DNA from: Fonticula alba ATCC 38817
Taxonomy: Eukaryota > Protista > Nucleariida
Reading direction: 5' to 3' (one strand)
NCBI GenBank assembly: GCA_000388065.2
Contig: KB932204.1
Length of the DNA: 64,000 nucleotides
Positions 36,652 through 47,045 of this stretch are shown here, one piece after another. The notes under the pieces are model-generated. The model had not been told where the DNA came from, made no database searches, and saw only the letters and a list, made by a program, of their open reading frames with translations. Made by a program: the position numbers and the translations under genes. Each line of letters starts with the position of its first letter. The first letter of the stretch is position 1.

Positions 36652-37971
36652 CTTGACTGCGGTCCGCCCTCGACCGGGGCCCCTGCCCGATGGGCCTGGC
36701 CGCGGGGGCGAAATGGACATCGGGTGGACTCCCCCGGTGGGTCCGGCTGGGCCGGTCGGCGTGCGATCGGCCGGGGGCGGGGGCTCTGACAGGAGGCCAG
36801 CATCGTCGGGGCCACGCTGTCCTCGTCGGCCGCCATGGAGCGGGAATTCGACGTGCTGATCATCGATGAAGCCACCCAGTGCACGGATCCGGAGGTGCTG
36901 GTGGCGATGATGCATGGGCACAAGACGATCATCATGGTTGGCGACCAGATGCAGCTGGGCCCGGTGGTGTTGAATGCCCGGTGCATGGCGGCCGGGCTGA
37001 ATCGCTCGATGTTTCAGCGGTTGGTGGCACTCCGAGGGGATCCCCTCCGGCTGGACATTCAATACCGGATGCATCCCTCGATGGCGGCCTTCCCGGCGAA
37101 GGTCTTTTACCAGGGGACGCTGGAGAATGGCGTGACGGCCGAGCAGCGCACCCCGGCGGAGGTGGAATTCCCCTGGCCCGACCCCAAGACGCCGATGATG
37201 TTTTGGAAGAACCATGGCAGGGAGAAGCCGGACCACCGGGATACCTCCTACTACAATCCCTCCGAGGCGAGCCGGGTGCTGCAGGTGCTGAACCGGCTGC
37301 TGGATCGGGGAGTGTCGCCGGACGAGATTGGCATCATTTCGCCGTACAACGGCCAGTGCCGGCACATTCGCTCGCTCATGATGCAGCCGGCCAACTATGC
37401 CAAGAGACAGCTTTACAAACGAGTCGAGGTGGCCAGCGTCGACGCCTTCCAGGGGTCCGAGCGGAATTACACCATTCTGTCGTCCGTTCGCACCGATCAC
37501 CCGGGCTTCCTGGCGGACAAGCGCCGGCTGAATGTGGCCATCACGCGCGCGCGCTTTGGAATGGTCATCATCGGCAATGTTGAGCTCCTGCGACAGGTGC
37601 GTTTTCGCCCGGGCACGGGGAGAGGGGGCCAACAAGCGCGGGTGGGGTTTTCGCGGTCCGAGTGACACCGGCCGCACGGGGGGGGGGAGGGGGGGAGGGG
37701 GGATTGCTTTCCCCGGCACATCCCGGCAAGGAGTTAACCCGTGACACGCGCGCCGCAGATCCCCGTGTGGCGCAGGCTTATCGAGCACTATCAAGAGCAG
37801 GGACTCCTGGTGGAGGGCAAGCTCGACGAATTGCGGGTCGTTCAGAGGGAGGAGGCCGGCCCGGCGTCGGGGCCCGACACACTGGATGACGCCGGCGCAC
37901 CCTCGTCCCTGGGCACCACGGGGACCGGCGCCCCCGAAGGGGCCGCCGTCTCGCCGACCGACCGCGACTAG
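33340..37971 (+). CDS. Divergent UPF1/NAM7-family SF1B RNA helicase with N-terminal CH zinc domain; exons 33340..33708, 33921..34160, 34266..34390, 34637..34794, 34917..35009, 35323..35882, 36097..36222, 36793..37596, 37759..37971 (895 aa)
   Basis: Eight GT-AG introns with consistent phases (exon 3 is the least certain). CH domain CSKC...CLAQCGDCRDWFCN...HLYGHFVDHGH...CSICG...C...C. Helicase motifs LIQGPPGTGKT, APSNVAV, IIDEATQ, VGDQMQLGPVV, QYRMHP, IISPYNGQ, SVDAFQGSE, RRLNVAITRAR, and the UPF1-type tail VWRRLIEHYQEQGLLVEGKL. No symbol given because orthology to canonical UPF1 is uncertain. Confidence 0.9.
36619..36650. repeat. (CGA)10 microsatellite in the longest intron of the UPF1-like gene
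   Basis: Directly visible. Confidence 0.9.
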
Positions 37972-38899
37972 CCGGGACGGAGCATGCTGGCGCTTGGTCG
38001 ATGGCGGCGGCCAGGCACGGCTCGGGGCCTGGGTCTCTTCCACGCTCGGGCAATCGGGCGCGGGAGTGGCTGAATGTGCCCTGGCAAAGTGCGGGCCGGG
38101 CCCGGGCCTGGCTTTGCACCGGTGCTCGCCGGGGGGGGGCCCCTGCCCTGCGGCTCCCCCGGGGCCGGGCGGCGGGGGGCGGCCGCACCCGGTCGGGGGG
38201 CTGGCCGTCTCGGAGCCCTCCACCGCATACAAATGCACACTTTTGGCATCTTTCATTTTTCTTCGCGCAGACCGGCCAAACAAGGTGCCGGCCCTTGGCG
38301 AGAGTGTTCCCGGAGGAGGGGTGGAGGAAGCCGCCCTTGAAAGGGTCCTCGGTCGCGGCAGTCCACATGGTGGGACACTTGTCGGGGTGTTCATCGGGGT
38401 GGGGTTTTTTTTTTTTCGTGGCTCCCCTGGCCATTGTCTGGCGGCTGGGGCGGGTGGCCATCGATGCACATTGCCCGCGATGGCTTGCCATGAGTCATGC
38501 TCGCGGCCGAGGGCCTTCCCGGTCCCGATGCGGCCTTTCTTTGGGTGGCGAGAGCTCTCGTTTGGGGGCTTGCCCCGTCGCCGACCGATGGAGGCGCGAA
38601 GCCACTGGGCGACCGGGACGGGTGCCCCTTAGTGGTCGACCGTCCCGGTCGCCGCTTCACCTTGCAGACGGTGCAGACACTGACCTGCCTCGCTTGTGGG
38701 AGGAGATACCACCGGGGACATGGGGCACCGGAAGTGCAACATGGCCGAGGACCTTCTCGAGTGGCGATGCAGGGCCCACGGTCGGTGAGCCTGAGGCGGG
38801 GGGTGGGGCGCGGGCGGCTCCATCGCAATGCGAACGACCATCGGGGAAGGCGCAGCTGCATGGTGCCGAGGGAGCGGGCAAGGCCGTGGGGCCGGGGGG

Positions 38900-39450
38900 A
38901 CTGGCTTCCGGCGCCATGTCCCCCTTGCCCGCAAGCTCGGATGCCAGGGCACAACGGTTGGATGGCCGAATCAGCCTTCGCCTGGCTGGTAGGGGCGGGG
39001 GCGGACACACCAGGGGCCTGGGCAGCGATGCTCCAGCGGCTGTCCGAGGCGATGCCAGCCACCGAGTGTGTCGATGTATGTGTTTGTAGCCGTGCGCGCG
39101 GGCCGGCTGGAAGGAAGTCCCGATGGTCGGGCCTGCAGTATGGGGCCTCGGGCGACCGGGGCTCCGAAGGGGGGTCCCGGCTGTTTGAGTTTCCGCCAGT
39201 GCCGGGGCGAGGCGCGCGTCGGACCGAGGCGGCAGATGCCAGTCGCAAGGAGGAGGCACGGAATGCGCGACCGGGGCTTTGGGCGGGAAATAGGGCGCCG
39301 TCCGGTGTTCTGGCATACACACCGGGGCCGGTGCGCCGGGGCCATGGAGGACGAGCGTCCTTTTTCCAGGGCCAGGTCCTGTCAGTGGGAGGAACGCGAT
39401 CGCCGTGTGATGCCAGATGTGGAAGACAATCTGGCGGCATAAGGAGAAGC
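38900..39450 (-). mobile_element. Possible highly decayed Ty3/gypsy reverse-transcriptase fragment
   Basis: Across frames the motif order is GITRRSRSS (39388-39414; cf. GIIRPSxSP), KKD (~39357-39365), RCVCQN, LLLATG, PFG (39163-39171), TYIDT (39070-39078; cf. YIDD), EH, LIRPSNRC. Spacing is imperfect. Confidence 0.45.
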
Positions 39451-40139
39451 TTCCGCGAGGTGGTGCCCTGCCGGCATGATGATCGAGCAGGGCGAAGCAA
39501 GGCGATGTGGCTGGGACCGCGCAGACACCCCCTCCCGGCGCGGGGCAGGGGCTCGCCAGAGCGCCAGATGTCGTGAGGCGCGAGCCCCCGGTCAGACGGC
39601 CGGATCACCACTGGCTGCACATCTGGCGTCTGCTCCAATCCGGGCACCTGCTGCTGGCGGGGGCGAGGCTCGCCGTAAGTGCCGATGCCAGTGGCCATCG
39701 GCCACACTGGGCGACCTGGGACAGCAGCGCAGACGGCAACCGGTCGGCCGGGGCCGGCGCATGGCGGCCAGTCGCTGCCCCGTCCCTCGCCCCGTGGCGG
39801 ATGCCCCTTGCGGCTGGGGCAGCACCAACTGCTTCTCGAGCTGAGGCTGTGCTCGATCGGTGGGTCGCCCATGTGCGTTGCAAGATCTTCTCATCCCGGC
39901 AAAGGGTTGATTCGGCATCAAACGACGGCCTGGCGGCCTTCGCGAGGGGGTCGCCATGACCGACGTAGGCCCCTTGGCCGGCAGGGCGAGGGCCATTTAG
40001 CTGGGTCGCAATGGCTGGTTTGCCTGCCGCGCGGCACTGGGGCTGCTTTGGCAAGTGCAGTGACCTGGTTGCCCCGGCCTGGCTCGCCGCAGCTGGGGCG
40101 GGGAGGGGGGGCACTGGGATAGAGGGCTCGCCTCGTCCG

Positions 40140-43100
40140 GCGTGATGAGGGATGGATTTGGATGCGGCGGAGGGCTGTGGTAGCCTCGGGGGCATGGGGG
40201 TCGTGCCGGGAGGCCGGCCACACCGGGCCGTGAGCGGCTGCACCCGAGCGGGCCTCGGTCCCGGGGACATGGGATGCTACGGCCGTCGGGCACCGGGACC
40301 GGTCGTAAAAGCGCCCATAGGCATATGCCAGGCCCATCGGGCGCCAGTGCACTTGGCAGACCCCCGCCCGCTAGGACGCATGATCAGCGACAGGCTCCCC
40401 TGGGCCGAGTCACTGCCTCGAGGCAGAAGGAGCGAGGGTCCGCAAGAGGCCACAAGGGGAGAGGGGAAAGTGCGTACGCGCGGGAATGACAGGAGTGAGT
40501 GTGGCGCACCGCCACGACGGAGGGCCACCGGTATTCGACGGGTGGGCCGAGCGGAACATGGTATCCTCCTTGGGCCTTGCCCCACCAGACGCAGGGTCCT
40601 CATCAATGGCAGGCCTTGAAGCGTGTCTCCTCGCGTGGTGGAGGCCACCTTCCATGGTCAGGTGCCAGGAGCCACCGTATGAACCGCATGGTGACTCAAG
40701 TATGCCGAGTGATCGACGCAAGGGACAGAAGGCGCAGGCAGGGGGGCAGTGGTGGCGAAAAGAGCAATGAGTCCCATGGCCGCCGAATTCGAGGTGGCCA
40801 CAACAAGGGGTCGCCATGCATGTGGAGAAGGTGCCGATGGGCGCCGGGCATTTGGAGGGATGGTGGGGGCGTTTGACGAAGCAGAAATCACCGGCCAGCG
40901 GCTCGAAGGGTCTCGGTGGGATGTTGGCCGGACAGGGAGGCACAAATGAAGAGCTCTTGGGCTTGAAGCGGTTGCATAGGAGGCTGCACCCGGGGACTGC
41001 GCGTGCTGCATGATGGAGTCCCTGGCCGGAGAAACCACGCATGAGGATGCCGTTGAGGAAGGCTGAGCTTGTGTGTTTAATCCCTGATAGTTCGTGCTGG
41101 AGAGGGGCGAGGGCATGGACGCGGGCCTGGGGAATCCAGATTCGACCGTCGCGCATGAGGAGCCCCCCTTCGGCGCAGATCAATGTGTCGAGGGAAGCCA
41201 GGACCTCCGCGTTCTGCCGGTGCAGCCCGCGAGGTCTGTGTCTGAGGGGATGCCGAAGCCGAGAGCGGATGCCCGGGTAACGCTCCGCACAGAGTCGGCC
41301 TCGAAGCAGGCATTACGGAAAGGAGCCTCGTCTTTGGCCGGAAGCGAGGAGGGAGGCGGGCTCGGAACATCTGGCGAAGGGGGCTGCTCCTGGTTGCCGC
41401 GAGCGCTTTCGGTGAGGGAGAAGATCCGAGGGAGGCGAATGCTGCCTTCGGAAGGGGTGTCGAAATCAGCAATCGAGGGGTCGAAGCTGACTTGCGAGTC
41501 ATGGGGATAATCGGCAGATTGGATGGTGAAGAGGCTGCCCTCCATGAGCGGCCTGGCTGGAGACTCGGAATCGCCGATGAATGGAATGCATGGGAAAATG
41601 GTCGGGCCACCGGTGTTCCGCGCGGCGGGAGGGGATCCAGCCACTTGGCTCCACGCGCGAGGGAGGAGAGAGGGCGGATGGGGAGATCATGAGTCAGGTG
41701 GGGAGGCGAGACAGGTAATCGGCTGCAGTGCCGGTGCTGCCCTTGATGCATGGGAGTGAGCTTCGAACACTGCTTTCCATCGGATGGATGTGGCCGGGAG
41801 CTGGTCATGGGGGCGTCCTTGAATGGAGGCTTCGCTGGCCGTGTAGAAGGTGATCGGGAGGCCGTTCCAGAGGGGGGGGGGGCATTGCTTTAGGGGCTCG
41901 ACGGCCGCCAAGGCCTCTCTCTCTGTCTCGTGAGTGGTGTCGTTGATTTGGGCTCTGTTCGGGGCTTTGGGGAAGAAAGAAGGGAGGATGGCATGTCGCC
42001 GGGGTGCGAGGGGCACTGGCCGATGACAAACGTTCGGGCCTCTTTGAATGCTGGATGCCGGCTGCATTAGTACCGCCCCGATGCCGAACTCCGAGGGGTC
42101 GATGCATACGGAGAAGGGTTTGCCGTGGGTGGGAGCTGGTCGAGGGCGGGCCTCGGCGATGACGAGTGCGCTGAGGTGCTGCGGGAATTCGTCGGACTGT
42201 GTGATCATGGCCCCCGATCTCTTGTCCGAGGTGATGTCCACGACAGGCAGGGTGAGCATGGCGAAGATGGGGGTGCATTTTCTTCCACAAAGTTAGCCGT
42301 GCCCATGAATGAGCGGATGCCCCTTACCGGTGAAGGGTGGGGGGCGATGTCCGTGATCAGGAGGGAGCACTGTTGACCGATGGCTAGCATGCCACTACCG
42401 ATGTCCACCCCGAGGAGGCTCGCCCTCCTGCCCGATGAAGTGGCATTTTTCGGGACCGAGTTTGACTCGTGCTTCGTAGAGAGTGCGTAGGAGGGCCCTG
42501 ATGTGTCCAATGTGCTCCCCTCTCGAATTGAACCCACCCAAAAACGGCGTCCACCCATGCACGGGTGCACTCGTGGTGCTTGTGCAGGAGGCCGGACAGG
42601 GCGCAGGCAACGATATGCGACTCTGTTTGGAGGCGCCAGGGGAGGCGGGACCTCGTGTGGCGTTGGCCTCGGTGGCGGAAGGCCCGGAGATGCTGCGGTT
42701 CGGGGGCAATATGGCTGAAGGCGCGCTGGCCGGGCCCAGCGTGGAGAGGAACCTCTTGCCGGTGGTAGCGGAGGAAACTTCTTCCGCCCGGGCGAGGTGC
42801 CCTTCGACTTCTTTGATGCTGCCATTCATGGATGCGCAATCGAAGACAACCCGGAGGGGGGGGGGTTGCTTTTGGCGTTGACCGGCTACGCACTTGGCCG
42901 AGAGGTCTCTAAGTTGGAACATGTGGATGGTGCTTGCTTTGAGAAGAGATTGGAGATGCGAGGGGTAGGGGGTTGGCCTCATTCTTGTACTCTTCTCCGG
43001 AGCGGACGAAGGCCGGCTTGTCGATGGTGCCGAATGGCCATGGCGGAGGGGGTGATCGGGTATTCTGCGCGCGCCTCGCACTGACAAGATAAGGTGGGCC

Positions 43101-44858
43101 CAGGATGGGTGGAGGCCCTCCGCCAGGCCGGTAGGCGTGATGGCCCTCGGCATGACCGATCAGCTGAAGAGGGCAGTGACTGTGAGGGGAGGGCCTTTGG
43201 TTGTGAGGGACACGCCGCATGGCCATTGATGTGTTCGGGTGCCTGGCGCTGGCGTCGATTCGCGGGAGAACCTTTGCCAGGCCGGGAATGAGGGGCATGG
43301 AGGCGACCCTGTCCAGCAGGACGAAATCGAAGGATGACTCGGCCGGCATGGCTGACACAGTGATCTCGGTGCCTCTGGCGGGTCGAATCGAAGAGGAGAC
43401 TGCATGGTGGGCAGGGGCGGCGGAGCCCGTCGGCGAGTCTGTGGAAGGTGTCCAGCTGAGAGGTTGCCAGGTTGAACTTGCGAGCCCTCGAGTGGGCGAT
43501 GACCCACATCCCCGCACCGGTGTCTATCTTGAATAGAACTCTGCCACGGAAACTTGTGGAGGGAGAGAGAGGAACGGAGAGAGAGGGACAAAGAACTCCG
43601 CGAAGGTGGGATTGCGCGCTGTGAGTGGGATGGGGGTGGAGAGTGGGATGGTGGCAAACGGAGAAAAAGCCAGAGCTAGGGAAGGGGACGAGGTACTCTT
43701 GGTAGTATTCTTGGTGGGGGGGAAGAGGGGAAGAGGGGGCTAAGGTGTAGATTGCTTCCTGTTGGCTCGGCCATGGTGCCTGCGAGCGGGGCGGGACGAG
43801 GGGGGTGGTGGACGCCCGTGAGGTATGTCAGACCATCCCAGCGTGCGATCTGGGCGCTGCGGTGCAGTGTGACTGTGACGTCAGAGGTGGCGTCTTGGGC
43901 TGTCCGTCGAGGGAAGAAGTGGGCATCGAAGATGGAGGTACAGCAGGAGGAGCGCAGCGCGTGGAGGCTGATCGAGCCATGCGCTGGACAGTGGGGTGAC
44001 ATAGCGTCCCGGAACCGAGCGGGGTCGGGAGAAATACCCCACTCGGTGGGAGTCAGAGCAAGGGCCCTGACTCTGAGGGGAAAAGCCATGTCCTCCTTTG
44101 TGCCCCAAACTTGGCAGAAGAATTCGATGCAAGCACAGAGGGTGCCGGTGGCAGGGGGGATGAGCTTGGTGGTATCCATCCGAGGGATCGGTGCATAGAT
44201 CCCCTTGAGTTTGGAGAGCTCTGCGAAAGCGCCTTGTGACACCGGGTTGGACATGAACATGACCATGGCCGCCCGGAATGCGACCGGCCGAGGTGACGGA
44301 TTGGTAGTGCTGTCCGGCGGGAACGCCTCCGACGCAGATCGAGGGGGTGTCGACCTGGGTCTCGGAGAAGGGGGGGGGGGGGGAAGCCATCGGCCAAGAT
44401 CCTTGTCAAGTGTTCTGCGTCCTGCTAGAACAGTGTAACGTGGACCAGTCCTTCGGCCGACTCAGGTGGCCAGTGTGGTCTGAGGGTGTCCATGTGGTGT
44501 CCGTCGAGCTCGAGGCTCCAGGAGGGTCGGTAGTACGATCCTGGGAAGTCCGAGGGGGGGTATTGTGGGTGGTGGCTGGGGTGATCGAACTGGGGGCCTT
44601 GTGGTGGGTTGTCAGGGGGGTGGTGAGGCAGGGAGTGGGTTTGTTGGGGGGGGGAGTGCTGAGGGAGGGGGGGGAGGCCAACAAGGAGGAGGCTGCTGGG
44701 GAGGGGATGAGGAGGCCGGAGGGTGTTGGGGAGGAGGGGTTTTGTGCGTTCGGCAAGCCGGAGACCGGTGCTAGGGCGATGGACGGAGAATGAGGGGAGA
44801 GAGCCAGTGTGATTGGAGTCGACGTGGGGGGCGGGGGGGGAAGGGGGCGGGACATCGG

Positions 44859-44902
<44 letters not shown>

Positions 44903-45736
44903 CGGGGCTGGGGCCGGCTGGTGAGGGGGCATTGTGCTGATGCTGCTGAGGACGTCCGCTGTGGGTCGAGGAGGAGGAGTCATGTTTGTGGGGAACGGGG
45001 TCCGGCATGGTGGGGGCCCCTGTCGACTGGTCTGAGGGGGTGCGAGCCGATCGTCTGCGGCGACGCTGATGGGGGCCGCGATCGGAGCGTCGGAGGCGAT
45101 TGAGGAGTCTGGCGGAGGATGGGGCGTTGGCTTGGGGCAGAGAGCGGGGATAAGATCGAGAGTATCGCGGTTGGATTGCGAGAGGTGGTCCATTTGCGTC
45201 TTCAAGTGGAGTAGGACCTCGTCTGGGGTATGTGCTTCGGCCGGTCCATCATGGACGTTGGTGCGTTTGCTGTTGAGGATGGAGATCGTGTCGGAGAAGT
45301 CTCCTTTCGCCTCGGGAGCCGCCGCGACGATGTTGTCCACCTCCATGGCTCGCGAGGCAGTGTGGTCTGCCTCGCGGCTGAAGGCGTCGTCGCGACGAAG
45401 AGCCATGCTGGTGTGGGAGCTGGCAGCGTGCTGAATCACCTGTGGCCCATGGAAGGGGAAGATGAGGGCCGCACAGTGGGTCTGGCGGGAAAGTCCCTCT
45501 GTTGCGAGGAATTGAATGGACGATGGGCCTTGGCCCGCCACGGCGACGAGGACGCGAGCGGGAGTGCAGAAGAGGGGAGCAGAGGGGGGGGGGGAAAGAG
45601 AGGGGCTAGAGCCAACGGACAATGGACCAAGAACCTCGCTCAATCCGATATCAACGCGAAGCGCCGAATCAAGGATGAAAGTCGATGTGTCATCCAGAGG
45701 CACGCACGATGATAGTCTGAGCAATGGGTTATTCAT
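40140..45736 (-). mobile_element. Degenerate Ty3/gypsy LTR retrotransposon (gag-like?, protease, RT, RNase H, integrase) with many frameshifts
   Basis: Protease LFKIDTGAGMWVI (DTG at 43516-43524). RT LRVVFDCASMN, LPWRL, AWVDAV (decayed YxDD), EHIGHIRALLRTLYEARVKLGPEKCHF, GIRSFMGTANF. RNase H PFSVCIDPSEFGIGAVLMQ and ETEREALAAV. Integrase GLLMRDGRIWIP...H...H...CSLLC...PRPFEPLAGDF. The PR-RT-RH-INT order is Ty3/gypsy. LTRs were not recognisable and the gag assignment of ORFs 43676-44266 and 44771-45736 is tentative. Confidence 0.85.
44860..44902. repeat. Poly-G tract (G43), the longest homopolymer in the window
   Basis: Directly visible. Confidence 0.95.
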
Positions 45737-47045
45737 GGTTCGCAGGGATTACTCGACGGCTGGGATCCGGGATGTTCCTCGGGAAGCATCGTGGGCACTT
45801 CCTTTGCGGCACGTGATGTCACCTTTCAGTAGCCAATGCTCGGGCCGGCGCCCTGATCTGGACATCGAGAGCTATGCCTCTCCGCCGCGTGCCCTGATGC
45901 TTCGGCATGGCTGTGTTTCAAGTTTGTAACTCACCCATCGATTTGGTTAATGGGTGTCTCGGGGATACTGCCCCAGTCCGGCGGAAGGAACATGCATGGG
46001 TGCCGATTTTCCAGCCCCGGCGCCGCCCCCTAGTGCCGATGGACCACGCCATGTTCGAAGGCCAGGGAAAGAGCTGGTGGCATGTCACAATCGCCCTGGG
46101 CATGAGGTGTTCTCTGCATTCTCAAGGAGCGTGCAATAAAGGGCTTTTATATTCCCGGCCCCCCTCCCCTTAATATACGCTTCGACTCTGGACGTTCTGC
46201 TTCCGTCGTCCTTCTCGGTCCGGGGAAAGCGTGGTCCTCGCTCTGGGCCGCGGTCGGGCGAATTCTTCCAAGCGTGCCTTTGCCCCGATGATGCAACCTT
46301 TCATGGCTTCGCCCCGATTCGATCGTCTACCAGCGACTCGGGACATCACCGCACACATCCAGTGCACCGGCCGACTCCGACCAATGCGTCCGCCCACACG
46401 GCACATCCGCTGGCCGTGTGGCATGTTCCGGGTGTCCCCACGCCTGGCGGTGGTGGTTGCCGGCGTTTGCCCGGGACTTCGGGCCGAAGTGGCTTCCGGC
46501 GATGTGACAGTGTGTCACTGATGGTGTCTCATTTCCCCCGGCCAAGTTCCTCCCCCCCCCCCGCCCCGTGAAACGGCCACCGTCCTCCGGGCCCCTGAGC
46601 TTGGTTCGTCGAGCCCACGCGCTGGGTGTCCCCCCCCCCCTCCACCCGGGCCACGGAGGCCGAGTTCTTGTTGCCTGCAGAAACATTCGCACGCGAGGCC
46701 GACTCCAATGTCCCGGCCCGCCCCCCTCCCCCGAGACTCAGCCGCTTGAGAGGGTGTGATTGTGGATCGCGGCCAACGTTGCTGGGCACCACCCACCGGC
46801 GCCTTGTCGTGCGAGGGGGTGGGCGGGAGGTGCTTCTTTAGGGGGAGATCCTCCCAGGGTCCGCACTTACGCGCCTTTAGACTTCCTTCCCTTCCCTTCC
46901 CTCCCCCCCCCCCCCCCCCCCCCCCCCCGTTTCTCGCTTCTCGCCATTTCCCCTCCTGCCGACCGGTTCGCACCGGGGAGAAAAGAGGACCCGAGGGCGC
47001 ACCTTTCGGCGGATGAGCAGCCCGCCACTCACGGCCCATCGGCCC

